Of a DNA stretch of 64,000 bases, positions 1-9,808 are shown in pieces. The notes under the pieces are model-generated. The model was not told the DNA's origin and searched no databases. It worked only from the letters and a program-made list of their open reading frames with translations. This DNA comes from Thermoproteota archaeon. GTDB lineage: Archaea > Thermoproteota > Thermoprotei_A > Sulfolobales > Ignisphaeraceae. The position numbers and the translations under genes were made by a program. The DNA lies in NCBI GenBank assembly GCA_030550585.1, contig JAUQPB010000002.1:192001-256000 (forward strand), read 5' to 3'. The number at the start of each line of letters is the position of its first letter. The stretch's first letter is position 1.

Positions 1-201
1 AGGCATACCTTGTCTGTGCATCGCCTCTTGTGTTACTATTCCCCAGCCTTCTTCTTTGTAAGGAGCGGCAACTAGACCGACAAAGCTTAGAAAGACAATA
101 GAGACTGTTATTATCAAGCCAATTCTAAATTTAATGTTTTTAGATGCAACATTTATCGGATATAAAAGTGCAAGGCGAAGTGCATTGCCAATTCTATTCA
201 T
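1..201 (-). CDS. Dpp/Opp ABC transporter permease (DppC/OppC type), 5' part only; runs off the window
   Basis: ATG at 201-199 overlaps the TGA of the upstream permease (ATGA). It reads MNRIGNALRLALLYPINVASKNIKFRIGLIITVSIVFLSFVGLVAAPY..., a typical OppC N-terminal TM helix, in the expected operon position. Confidence 0.75.
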   Translation of the reverse strand, partial: MNRIGNALRLALLYPINVASKNIKFRIGLIITVSIVFLSFVGLVAAPYKEEGWGIVTQEAMHRQGMP

Positions 202-1217
202 ACCCTCACCCTAGGGTCTATTACTATATGGATAATGTCAGCAATTGTTATCGCTACAACAAATAATATTGAGACCATTGCTAGAAGGCCGATGATCAAT
301 GGGTAATCATTTGCTAGAATAGCTTTTGATAGTGTAACCCCTATACCCTCTCTACCAAACACATTTTCAATTGTTGCAACATCTATGACACTATAGGCAA
401 AGGAGATGCCTTGGATTTGAGCAAGTACTGGTATAACCCCCCTCAAGACATACCTTCTTATAACATGTCTGCCCCGCAGTCCATAGGATAGTAATTGTCT
501 CACATATTCTTTATGAAGCTCCTCTGAAAGTGTATGACGAACAATTCTAGTTGTTAGTGCAAATGGGTAAAGAGATGCTAGAAAAACTGGTGGCATAGCC
601 CTTAAGACTGCATCTATAAAAGCATCCATTCTACCATTCAATAAGCTGTCTATGATGTATGACCCAGTATAAACATTTATTGAAATAGCATAGCTTGTGC
701 CCACTCTGCCAAAAATGTTTATATTTAACATTTGCAACAAAAGAATGGTGATAGCTGCTATCCAGAATCTTGGTGAGGAAGCAAGCAGTGATGCTAAACC
801 ATATATAGTTTTATCAGCTATAGAATTTCTGTGAAGAGAAGCATATACCCCTCCCAAAATTCCAAGAGGTAATGCAATGATGTATGCCAGTACAACAAGC
901 TCTAGTGTTGCGGCTAAACTTCTCATGGCAATGACTGAGACTGGCTGTTTAAATCTAATTGAAATGCCCCAATCAAAGGAGAAGAACCTTTTGATGAAGT
1001 TATATAGCTGTATATAAAATGGTTTATCGAGTCCAAGATCCTTCTCAGCAAGTTTAATAGCTTCAGCAGCCTTTGGCCCTGTAGGTTTGCCTACCCAAGT
1101 ATAAGCAGGGTTTCCAGGAGCTATGTAGACAAGAACATAGGATACAACAATAATTCCGAGGATAACCAGAATACTTAGACTAATCCTCTTCAATATGTAG
1201 TAGAATAATTTAACCAT
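198..1217 (-). CDS. Dpp/Opp ABC transporter permease (DppB/OppB type)
   Basis: YILKRI...APGNPA N-terminus, LGLDKPFYIQ, DWGISI and C-terminal IDPRVR; multiple TM segments. Confidence 0.92.
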   Translation of the reverse strand: MVKLFYYILKRISLSILVILGIIVVSYVLVYIAPGNPAYTWVGKPTGPKAAEAIKLAEKDLGLDKPFYIQLYNFIKRFFSFDWGISIRFKQPVSVIAMRSLAATLELVVLAYIIALPLGILGGVYASLHRNSIADKTIYGLASLLASSPRFWIAAITILLLQMLNINIFGRVGTSYAISINVYTGSYIIDSLLNGRMDAFIDAVLRAMPPVFLASLYPFALTTRIVRHTLSEELHKEYVRQLLSYGLRGRHVIRRYVLRGVIPVLAQIQGISFAYSVIDVATIENVFGREGIGVTLSKAILANDYPLIIGLLAMVSILFVVAITIADIIHIVIDPRVRV

Positions 1218-1231
1218 CCTTCAACTCCTAT

Positions 1232-2920
1232 CTACTTCAACACCTCGATATACTGGAAAAATATTACATACATGTACATGGGGTTGAAAGCATCTTCGCT
1301 CAACCTGATTTTGTCTGGGTCGTAGAGGTATGGTTGAACGGAATCGCAGAGATTAATTGCAACAACATTATCAAATACTATTCTTTGTGCTTGCTCATAC
1401 ATCTCAAGAGCTTTCTCAAAATCTTTGCCTTCAAGACTTAGAGCAGAGTCTATAAGCGAATCATAGTCGCTGTTGACAAATCCGCTCCAATTCCATATTG
1501 TATTATTGCTGTGTAGCATATACAGATAGTCGTATGGTGTTGGATATGTCGGCCACCAATCATTTATTATTAGATGCGGAGCACTCTCAGCGTTTGTCCA
1601 TACACTAGCCCCTCTTTCCTTAACTTGTTCCCATGGAAGTGCTATAATATCTAGATCTATCCCTAGCTGTCTAAGCGACGATTTTAATAATGATGCAAAT
1701 CTCTTTTCTTCCTCGTACCCCGCTGTTATAACAATCTCTAGCTCTAGTTTGACATCTTTGATTCCGAGCCTATCCAAAATCTCTTTTGCTTTTGTCAAGT
1801 TGTATTCGTATCTTAGGTTAGGAACATATCCTGGGTAGCCATGGGGCACCAACCCACTTCCCAATAATCCGTAGCCTTGAAAAGCGAAATCCACTATCTC
1901 GTTCCATGGAGTTGCATATGCAATTGCAAGTCTAAATTCTGTTATATTTGTCGGCCACCTCCTAGTATTAAACATTAGTATGTAGTTGTGGAAAGTTGTT
2001 TGATTGTAGACAGCATATCCTAGCTTTGCTAGATTTGGAATACTGCTTTTGGCAACCCCAGTAGCAATATCTATGTCGCCAGAGAGCAACCCAGATTCTT
2101 GTTGAGCAGGTTCTTCAACTATTCTAATTACTACAACATCTGGTGCATTAGGATTGTTTATCTCCTTCCATCCCCACCACTCATCAAATTTCCTTAAAAC
2201 AACCTCTGACTCTGGTTTATAGGAAGCAATTTTGTAGGGGCCAGTTCCACAATCATTTCCGCTTTCAAACCAAAGCCTAACTCTCTCGTCTGTTAGGTTA
2301 GATGCCTTTGAGTAGTTTAGTACATTGGGACAGTATATGTAGCTACTATATGAGGCTGCTGAAATGAGATCTATGGGGGCAGGATATTTGAGCTTAAATA
2401 ATATCGCTGTATCATTTAAAACCACAACATCTTCAACAGCATCCCATATCCAGCCAGCTCCAATACCCTTCTCTTCATAAAGAGCCTTGTTTCTCAATAT
2501 GCTAAATCTCACAGACTCTGCTGTGAGTAGTGAACCATCATGAAATCTTACATTAGGTCTTAACTTAAAAATCCAGCTTGTTTCATTAACTCTCGACCAA
2601 GAGATTGCAAGAGCTGGTTTAAACTCTTTTTTAATTGGATCATAGTAAAGCAGGGGTTCATAGACAGCGCCCAAAACAACAATACCAGTATCATCCTCTG
2701 CCCCAGGATCTATCCCGGTAATGGCATCTCTATAGGCGTATACAACGATTTTTTCTTTCTTTGCATATGTGGATTGTGTTGTTTGACCAATATTTTGTTG
2801 TGTTGGGGGAGCAAACAATATTTGATAGACAATTATGCCAGCTATTACGATAGCTGCTATGGCAATTGCTATTAATGTTTTTTGTTTTCTGTTGCCAGTC
2901 ATTTTAAATTCTGTAGACAC
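1232..2920 (-). CDS. ABC transporter substrate-binding protein, family 5 (peptide/nickel type)
   Basis: N-terminal membrane anchor, VYEPLL, LRPNVRFHDGSLLTAESVRFS and GTGPYKI motifs. Alternative ATG at 2902. Confidence 0.92.
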   Translation of the reverse strand: MSTEFKMTGNRKQKTLIAIAIAAIVIAGIIVYQILFAPPTQQNIGQTTQSTYAKKEKIVVYAYRDAITGIDPGAEDDTGIVVLGAVYEPLLYYDPIKKEFKPALAISWSRVNETSWIFKLRPNVRFHDGSLLTAESVRFSILRNKALYEEKGIGAGWIWDAVEDVVVLNDTAILFKLKYPAPIDLISAASYSSYIYCPNVLNYSKASNLTDERVRLWFESGNDCGTGPYKIASYKPESEVVLRKFDEWWGWKEINNPNAPDVVVIRIVEEPAQQESGLLSGDIDIATGVAKSSIPNLAKLGYAVYNQTTFHNYILMFNTRRWPTNITEFRLAIAYATPWNEIVDFAFQGYGLLGSGLVPHGYPGYVPNLRYEYNLTKAKEILDRLGIKDVKLELEIVITAGYEEEKRFASLLKSSLRQLGIDLDIIALPWEQVKERGASVWTNAESAPHLIINDWWPTYPTPYDYLYMLHSNNTIWNWSGFVNSDYDSLIDSALSLEGKDFEKALEMYEQAQRIVFDNVVAINLCDSVQPYLYDPDKIRLSEDAFNPMYMYVIFFQYIEVLK

Positions 2921-2951
2921 AGCACAGAAAAGACTAATAAACTTTAATTAG

Positions 2952-3004
2952 AATCAGTGTGTAGGGGGTCATCACATTATCAGTAACCGGATTAAACATC
3001 ATTA
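2952..3004 (-). ncRNA. Box C/D guide sRNA
   Basis: Minus strand reads ATGATGT(C)-TTAATCCGGTTA-CTGA(D')-TAAT-GTGATGA(C')-CCCCCTACACA-CTGA(D), with canonical 11-12 nt guides. It overlaps the ppcA stop. Confidence 0.85.
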
Positions 3005-4399
3005 CCCTAGAAATCCTCTTATCTTAGCTAGTGCGGCTATATGGGGCTCCACAGGATTTAGCTCTAAGATATTCTTGTATGGTTCGTTCGGCTCTGGCTT
3101 TATGCCCATGTAGTCTAGAACTTCATTAACAGTCTTAACTATTGTTTCATCGAGTCTCTGCTTTGCTATGGATGGTACATAGAATTGTGATTCATACTCC
3201 CACTCATCTATAAGATAAGGCATATAGTTTAATATCTCGTCAATTTCGTTGTTCTTATATGCATTTAGTAGATATTCTGCATCTAGGTATGTGGGTGGGA
3301 GGCCTAGCACATACCAGGTAGCTGTATAGACTATAGCTCGTGGCACATTAATCGTTTTATCCTCTGTTGGGAATATTCTACCATACTCCTTCCAAGTGAT
3401 CCTATCCCTCGTTGATGGTATACTTGCTGCGTATTTTACTACGGTTTCTAGGTATCTTGTTACAGTCTTTTTATAGCTTTCACTTGCACTTCTTATAATC
3501 CTGAGGACAGTTGATGGAATGCTTTTCGGTTTTTTGCCAAGCCACTGGATAATAGTTGATGAAACCTTTCTATAGTCTGTGAAAGGAACATCGTATCTCA
3601 CAGCAGACTGTATTGTAGCTGTGCAGTAACCTTGGTAGTGCCTAACCTCGTATTCTACAAGTTTTGGATTGTTTATTCCTCCTCTAAACGAGGGCGAGCC
3701 CATACCTATTATTGGCTTGATATCCAAGTCCAGCTCCTCATCTATTTTCTGCAACTCGCTCAACGCATACATTAAACCCAAGGCTGATGCTATATGCCCT
3801 GCTCTCACAGCTGCATCGCTTTTTCCTAGGAAGACCCTTAAGTGATTCAGTTCAACGCCAAACTCCTTCACAGTGTTATACAATATAGTTATATATCTGT
3901 GGATCTCCAGAAAGCGACTTGTATCTTCCACTAGCGGAACTAGCTGTACATCCATTTTCGGAAGCCCGAGCTCTTCTTGAAATATTCTAGCCTTCTTTAT
4001 AACAAGTTTCTGAACAAGCCTTACGCTATTAGGATCCTCGACCATTGGCATTATAACCCATTTAACTGCCTGGGCATTTACATAGTGATGCGAATAGTAG
4101 TTGGCTATGAGTGATGCCTCAAGAGATAATGCAACTCTGTCGATATCCTCGAGTTTTGGATTGGGTATCCTAGGGGTAACAAAGTATTTCTCTCCAATTG
4201 GAATACCTAGTTTCACAGCTTTTGTGACAATATCCTTTGGCTGTGCATAGGGTGTTAGCTTACCCTCATAATCACTCATAACCTCGTCGCATTCATACAT
4301 TGTATAACCTTGGAGAGCTTCGTCGACTTCTTCTTGTGCTGTTATCTTCACTGAGGCATCTGGATGCTGAGTGCACATAAGCCTAGGTATAAACTCCAT
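3002..4399 (-). CDS. ppcA: Archaeal-type phosphoenolpyruvate carboxylase
   Basis: IPRLMCTQHPD N-terminus, DYEGK, RVFLGKSD, GSPSFRG, TIQSAVRYD and PRAI motifs. GGTGA SD precedes the ATG at 4399. Confidence 0.93.
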   Translation of the reverse strand: MEFIPRLMCTQHPDASVKITAQEEVDEALQGYTMYECDEVMSDYEGKLTPYAQPKDIVTKAVKLGIPIGEKYFVTPRIPNPKLEDIDRVALSLEASLIANYYSHHYVNAQAVKWVIMPMVEDPNSVRLVQKLVIKKARIFQEELGLPKMDVQLVPLVEDTSRFLEIHRYITILYNTVKEFGVELNHLRVFLGKSDAAVRAGHIASALGLMYALSELQKIDEELDLDIKPIIGMGSPSFRGGINNPKLVEYEVRHYQGYCTATIQSAVRYDVPFTDYRKVSSTIIQWLGKKPKSIPSTVLRIIRSASESYKKTVTRYLETVVKYAASIPSTRDRITWKEYGRIFPTEDKTINVPRAIVYTATWYVLGLPPTYLDAEYLLNAYKNNEIDEILNYMPYLIDEWEYESQFYVPSIAKQRLDETIVKTVNEVLDYMGIKPEPNEPYKNILELNPVEPHIAALAKIRGFLG

Positions 4400-4414
4400 T
4401 AAGATCACCTTACA

Positions 4415-5614
4415 CTAATAGCTAAAATATTTTGTGATGGTGTCCGGATCTTTAAGCGCATGACCAGTTGCAATAAGTACAGCAAGACCATTCCTGTCTA
4501 TGAGCCCCATCTCAACAGCCTTTCTATAACCAGCAAGCGAAGCTGCACTAGCAGGCTCAACCCCAATGCCCTCATATCGAGCCAAATCCTTTACACCCTC
4601 CAAAATCTCATTGTCAGATACTGTAATGAATACTCCACCAGATTCTTTAACAGCGTTCAGAGCCTTTAACCAGTTGACTGGCTTGCCAATTCTAATAGCA
4701 GATGCTATTGTCTGCGGTTTTTCAACTTCGATTAGAGCATTGCTTCCGGTTTTCCATGTAGCAACAAGTGGGGCTGCACCTTCAGCTTGAACTCCGATCA
4801 TTTTAGGCAACTTATTTATTAGGCCATAGTTGTAGAGCTCTTTGAACCCCTTCCAAATAGCTGATATATTACCTGCATTTCCAACAGGAACAACAACTGC
4901 TTCTGGCACCTCAGAAAGCTCATCAACAATCTCAAAAGCTATTGTCTTCTGCCCCTCTAGCCTCCATGGATTGTAAGAGTTTAGCGGATACAAATCTCTT
5001 TTACCATTTATAACAGCCTCGGTGAAAACCTCTTCCAACGCATCATCAAATACCCCATCAACCTCGACAATTTTCGCACCATGTAGAAGTGACTGAGCGA
5101 GCTTTCCTCTCGCAACACCACCACGCGGCAACACAACAACGCATTTAAGACCTGCTCTCGCAGCATAAGCCGCTGCTGAAGCAGCAGTATTGCCGGTGCT
5201 TGCAACAACAACACCCTCAACACCTAGATGCTTGGCTATTGTCACACCAACTGTCATTCCCCTATCCTTAAAGCTCCCAGTTGGGTTCCCACCCTCGAAC
5301 TTCACATACACATTTCCATTGACAGCTCTATTAACTCTGATAAGCGGTGTGCCACCTTCGCACATTGTAACAGGCTCTATATCATCATTTATAGGTAGTA
5401 GCTCTCTATATCTCCAAACGCCAAACCTTCTTCTTCTTGCTTTATCCCAGCTAAAACTTGTTTTAGCAGGCATTACAACTTCCAATAGGTTTTTACATCT
5501 TGGGCATATGAATAGCCATGGATCTGGATCGTAGACAGCTCCACATTTTATGCATCTAAGTTTTACTCCGTCTTTGAATATTTTCTTGTGTGGAGAACTT
5601 TCTATGTTTCCAAG
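4415..5614 (-). CDS. thrC: Threonine synthase (start uncertain)
   Basis: NPTGSFKDRG PLP-lysine motif, ASTGNT, VPVGNAGN, EPASA and TGHALKD. The frame stays open upstream of the track's TTG (5485) to 5614 and encodes the LRCIKC...CPRC Zn ribbon. Confidence 0.9.
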   Translation of the reverse strand, partial: LGNIESSPHKKIFKDGVKLRCIKCGAVYDPDPWLFICPRCKNLLEVVMPAKTSFSWDKARRRRFGVWRYRELLPINDDIEPVTMCEGGTPLIRVNRAVNGNVYVKFEGGNPTGSFKDRGMTVGVTIAKHLGVEGVVVASTGNTAASAAAYAARAGLKCVVVLPRGGVARGKLAQSLLHGAKIVEVDGVFDDALEEVFTEAVINGKRDLYPLNSYNPWRLEGQKTIAFEIVDELSEVPEAVVVPVGNAGNISAIWKGFKELYNYGLINKLPKMIGVQAEGAAPLVATWKTGSNALIEVEKPQTIASAIRIGKPVNWLKALNAVKESGGVFITVSDNEILEGVKDLARYEGIGVEPASAASLAGYRKAVEMGLIDRNGLAVLIATGHALKDPDTITKYFSY

Positions 5615-5663
5615 TCATCCACCATAGTCTAAATATACTTTGGGACAGGGGTTAAAAAACTTT

Positions 5664-6701
5664 CTATGAATGTATTTCAGAGTTTAGAACCTTCACAAGA
5701 GCATTAACAACATCAACTGTTTTGTAGGTTCCCCCTAGATCTGGTGTCAAAATTTTTAGATCTTCCACCACGGTATGTATAGCCTTATCCAAGTTTTTTG
5801 CCTTTACATGGAGATCAGCATCATCGAATTTTTCATATAGGTAGTAGAGCATCAACTTAGCAGCCTCTATCTCTCCAATAGGGTTGGCTATACCCTTTCC
5901 AGCTATATCGGGGGCTGTCCCATGAACAGGCTCAAAAACAGCTATGTCACTGCCTATTTGTGCAGAGCCGCATAGTCCAAGGCTACCAACCATAGCTGCG
6001 GCAAGATCAGATAGGATATCTCCATATAGATTTGGTGTAACCATAACCCCTAATCGTTCGGGGTTTCTAACAATTGTGTAAGCAGCTGTATCAACAATAA
6101 TCTCTTCTGCAGTTATATCAGGATATCTCTTAGCTACTTCAAAGAAAACATCTCTGAAGAGTCCATCGGATATCTTCAAAACATTGGCTTTGTGAACAAC
6201 TGTGACTTTTTTAAACCCGTTTTTCTTAGCATAGCTAAATGCATATTCTGCTATCCTTTTAGCACCTTCATAGGTAATGATCCTAAGAGATATGGCCGTT
6301 CCTTTAAATAGCCCCTCGATACCTACATAGACATCCTCGCTATTCTCTCTAACTATAACAAAGTTGAAATCCTTTAGTGAAAAGCCCTTGAAGCTCTTAA
6401 AAGGTCTCACATTGGCATACAAGTCAAGTTCTTTTCTAATCAAAATATTGATGCTTTTGAACTCTTTTTCATGTGGGGGTGTATAGAGAGGACCCTTCAA
6501 GATGGCATCCATCTTCTTGGCAACGTCAAAAAAGCCCTCCTCTAGTGGCTTTCCAAAACGCTTGTAGTATTCGTATCCAGCCCTCAGCTCAACAAATTCA
6601 GCATCTATTCCAAGGGCATTCAACACATGAAGTGCGGCATCAACTATTTCTGGCCCTATACCATCTCCCTTCAAAACCCCTATCTTGTACCTCTTGACCA
6701 T
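5664..6701 (-). CDS. Isocitrate/homoisocitrate/isopropylmalate dehydrogenase family protein
   Basis: GDGIGPEI, SINILIRKELDLYANVRP, RENSED, VHKANVL, NLYGDILSD and EPVHGTAPDIAGKGIANP. Confidence 0.93.
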   Translation of the reverse strand: MVKRYKIGVLKGDGIGPEIVDAALHVLNALGIDAEFVELRAGYEYYKRFGKPLEEGFFDVAKKMDAILKGPLYTPPHEKEFKSINILIRKELDLYANVRPFKSFKGFSLKDFNFVIVRENSEDVYVGIEGLFKGTAISLRIITYEGAKRIAEYAFSYAKKNGFKKVTVVHKANVLKISDGLFRDVFFEVAKRYPDITAEEIIVDTAAYTIVRNPERLGVMVTPNLYGDILSDLAAAMVGSLGLCGSAQIGSDIAVFEPVHGTAPDIAGKGIANPIGEIEAAKLMLYYLYEKFDDADLHVKAKNLDKAIHTVVEDLKILTPDLGGTYKTVDVVNALVKVLNSEIHS

Positions 6702-7201
6702 GGAAGTCCACCATATCTCTTGATGTATTCTACAACTCCGCCAACCTCAAGAATGTCAAGAATTTCCTTGGGGAAGGGGGTAAACCTCTCTTCAACGCCT
6801 TTTGTAATGTTCCTTACAATGCCATTTGATATATCAACCTCTACCACATCTCCTGTCTCGCTAACATCTGGAATGATCTTTGCAACAATCACCGGCAGCC
6901 CAATGTTTATAGCATTTCTGTAGAATATGTGTGCAAAGCTCTTAGCAACAATAGCTCCAACTCCAACAAGCTTTAGTAGTCTTGGTGCCTGCTCTCTGCT
7001 AGAGCCTTTCCCAAAGTTTCTGCCACCAACAATTATATCGCCTTTTGAAACCAGTTTGTAGAATCCAGGTATAACGTCTTCAAGTACGTGAACAGCCATC
7101 TTATTCATATCATTTATGGCTTCGAATTTGTATTTCCCAGATATTATATGGTCTGTACTTATATTGTCTCCAAGCTTCCAACACTTTCCACGGACAATCA
7201 C
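6680..7201 (-). CDS. LeuD/HacB-type aconitase-family small subunit
   Basis: GDNISTDHII, GRNFGKGSSREQA and SFAHIFYRNAINIG. Confidence 0.93.
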   Translation of the reverse strand: MIVRGKCWKLGDNISTDHIISGKYKFEAINDMNKMAVHVLEDVIPGFYKLVSKGDIIVGGRNFGKGSSREQAPRLLKLVGVGAIVAKSFAHIFYRNAINIGLPVIVAKIIPDVSETGDVVEVDISNGIVRNITKGVEERFTPFPKEILDILEVGGVVEYIKRYGGLPWSRGTR

Positions 7202-7213
7202 ATTGGCCCACCC

Positions 7214-8467
7214 CTAAGAAAGGTATTTCCTGGGATCAGCTATTCTACCCTCTATAGCTGTAGCAGCGGCTACAGCGGGTGATGAGAGGTACACCTTGCT
7301 ATCTCTATGTCCCATTCTACCCGGGAAGTTTCTGTTTGTTGTTGCCACAGCAACTTCGCCAGCTGCTAAAAGACCCATGTGAGCACCTACACATGGTCCG
7401 CATGTTGGGGGTGCTATAGTGCATCCTGCACTAGCAAGAATGTCTATATAGCCTCTTTTCAGAGCCTCCATATAGACCTTTCTAGAAGCTGGTGATACTA
7501 TACATCTTACACCATCTTTTACCTTTCTCCCATGCAATATTCGTGCAGCTATCTCTATGTCCTCCAACCTGCCATTTGTACACGAGCCTATGAAAACCTG
7601 GTCAACCTCTACGTTGCTTACTTCACCAACACCTTTAACATTGTCAACATCCGGTGGAGCAGCTACCACAGGCTCCAATTTAGAGACTTCAACAATAAGC
7701 TCATCAACATAGCCATCTTCTTTTTCCCAATCAACATCCCTGTAAATGGTATACCCTCTTTCATTTAGCCACTTCCTAGCAACCTCATCAACTGGCATAA
7801 TAGCCGACTCAGCGCTCATCTCTGTGCACATATTTGTTAACGTCATTCTAGAGTCTACACTTAGATACTTCAGTGTATCACCTCTAAACTCAACAGCTCT
7901 ACCAAGCATACCGTCAGTACCTATACTACCTATTATGTGAAGCGCTATATCCTTGCTCATAACACCTTTCGGCATGGCCCCTGTTAAAACAACCTTAGCC
8001 GTTTCAGGCACCTTAAGCCACAGCATCCCAAACATCATGGCAATAGCTGCATCGGTACTTCCAACCCCAGTAGCATAAACACCTATGGCACCAATTGTTG
8101 GTGTATGGCTATCTGCTCCAACAACAACCATGCCAGGTCTAACAAGACCATCTTCAACAACAACTTGGTGGCTAATACCATAACCCACATCGAATAGTTT
8201 CACCCCATACTCTTTTGCAAATCTCCTCATCTCCTTGTGAACAGTAGCAGCAGCAACGTGTGGGGCTGGAGAAGAGTGGTCAATGAAGAAAAATGCTCTT
8301 TCTACAGCAACTCTTCTCTTTAATTCGAGCTCTTTTTCAACAACATCTATTACAAGCGGCGCTGTGCCATCTTGTGCATAGACAGCATCAATGTTTATGA
8401 CAACTATCTCTCCTGGTGAGACATTTCTGCCAATTGCTTTAGACACTATCCTATCTATCAAGCCCAT
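7214..8467 (-). CDS. LeuC/HacA-type aconitase-family large subunit
   Basis: GADSHT, FIGSCTNGR, TCGPCVG (4Fe-4S ligands) and TTNRNFPGRMG. Confidence 0.94.
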   Translation of the reverse strand: MGLIDRIVSKAIGRNVSPGEIVVINIDAVYAQDGTAPLVIDVVEKELELKRRVAVERAFFFIDHSSPAPHVAAATVHKEMRRFAKEYGVKLFDVGYGISHQVVVEDGLVRPGMVVVGADSHTPTIGAIGVYATGVGSTDAAIAMMFGMLWLKVPETAKVVLTGAMPKGVMSKDIALHIIGSIGTDGMLGRAVEFRGDTLKYLSVDSRMTLTNMCTEMSAESAIMPVDEVARKWLNERGYTIYRDVDWEKEDGYVDELIVEVSKLEPVVAAPPDVDNVKGVGEVSNVEVDQVFIGSCTNGRLEDIEIAARILHGRKVKDGVRCIVSPASRKVYMEALKRGYIDILASAGCTIAPPTCGPCVGAHMGLLAAGEVAVATTNRNFPGRMGHRDSKVYLSSPAVAAATAIEGRIADPRKYLS

Positions 8468-8503
8468 TCAAGGAACACCTCAAGAAAATCTTCGAATATC
8501 TTT

Positions 8504-9808
8504 TTACCGTGTCTTTCTCTCGACCTCGGGAAAATGCTTCTTCACGATTTCAAGCATTTCACTATCTGATAGTGGCTCAACTCTATTGGTCTTATTGAAC
8601 AGCTCTACAATTTCGTTGTATATTGCAACAACTCTTGGATCATCTTTTGATATATGGTTATATCCGAGATAGTTCTTAAGCCAGATTACAATAGCCGACC
8701 TTCCAGAGTATGGGGTTATTGCGACAGAGTATGGTAGTCCCAGAACCTTCACTGGATCGAATGGCAAGTAAACCTCCGGGTTCTTTAAAAGACCGTCGGC
8801 ATGTATACCTGCTTTTGTTCTAAAAGCATTCTTACCTACAATTGGGTAGTGCTCAATTATTTTGAGCCCCATCCTCTCAAAGAGTTCAGGTAGCTTTGAC
8901 AAAGCCTTCAAATTTATTCTGTTGTCACCTCTTATAGAAGCATAGTGAATAGCCATAATTTCTAGTGGGCAGTTACCAGCTCTTTCACCAATGCCTAGAA
9001 GAGTGCAGTTGCCAGCTGCTGCACCATAAATCCATGCCGCAAGTTGATTAGCTACAACAAGCCCAAAGTCGTTATGACCATGAAACTCTATATACTCTTG
9101 TGGAATGCCAGTAGCCCTCCTAATTGCTTGTATAATTGCTGGTATCCCTCTTGGAAGTGGCACCTCTGGAAATGGTAGTCCGAGCCCCAGAGTATCTGGG
9201 AGCTTTATCTTTACAGGTGTTCTGTACTTCTCGCTTAACTCGAGAAGCCTCTTTACAAAGGGTATCACAGCTCCGAAAATATCAGCTCTTGTAATATCCT
9301 CTAGAGACGCTCTAATTGTTATCCCATGACTAAGAGCCTTCTCAGCAACCTCTAAATATTTTCTAAAAGCCTCTTCCCTTGTCGCATTAAACTTGTACTT
9401 TATGTGATAATCAGATATAGACATGAGCATAACAGTCTCGTCAAGCTTCGCATCTATAACAAGCTGGAGATCTGTATGGGTGGCTCTTATCCAGCCTATT
9501 ACCTTTGGATACCTATATCCATATGATAAAAGCCTCTTCACAGCTTCCCTATCCTTTTCTGTATACAGAAATACTTCTGTGCTTTCAATACCTCCCCTAC
9601 CACCAATATCGGCTAAAAGCTCGTAGATCTCCTCACATTCTTCAACAGTGAAAACCCTCCAACCCTGTTGGCCATCTCTAAGTGTAGTATCGGTAAGAAA
9701 AATCTTACTTAGATTTTCCCTAAGCTCAGCATCTGTAACAACAAGTCTTGGCACACTATCAAATGGATAGAGATCTCTGAAAAACTTCATATCCCCATCT
9801 AATCCCAT
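8504..9808 (-). CDS. DRE-TIM acyltransferase (isopropylmalate/homocitrate synthase family), Re-citrate synthase-like
   Basis: DTTLRDGQQ, PDTLGLGLP, EFHGHNDFG, GIGERAGNCPLE and AGIHADGLLK; no C-terminal LeuA regulatory domain. Confidence 0.85.
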   Translation of the reverse strand: MGLDGDMKFFRDLYPFDSVPRLVVTDAELRENLSKIFLTDTTLRDGQQGWRVFTVEECEEIYELLADIGGRGGIESTEVFLYTEKDREAVKRLLSYGYRYPKVIGWIRATHTDLQLVIDAKLDETVMLMSISDYHIKYKFNATREEAFRKYLEVAEKALSHGITIRASLEDITRADIFGAVIPFVKRLLELSEKYRTPVKIKLPDTLGLGLPFPEVPLPRGIPAIIQAIRRATGIPQEYIEFHGHNDFGLVVANQLAAWIYGAAAGNCTLLGIGERAGNCPLEIMAIHYASIRGDNRINLKALSKLPELFERMGLKIIEHYPIVGKNAFRTKAGIHADGLLKNPEVYLPFDPVKVLGLPYSVAITPYSGRSAIVIWLKNYLGYNHISKDDPRVVAIYNEIVELFNKTNRVEPLSDSEMLEIVKKHFPEVERKTR

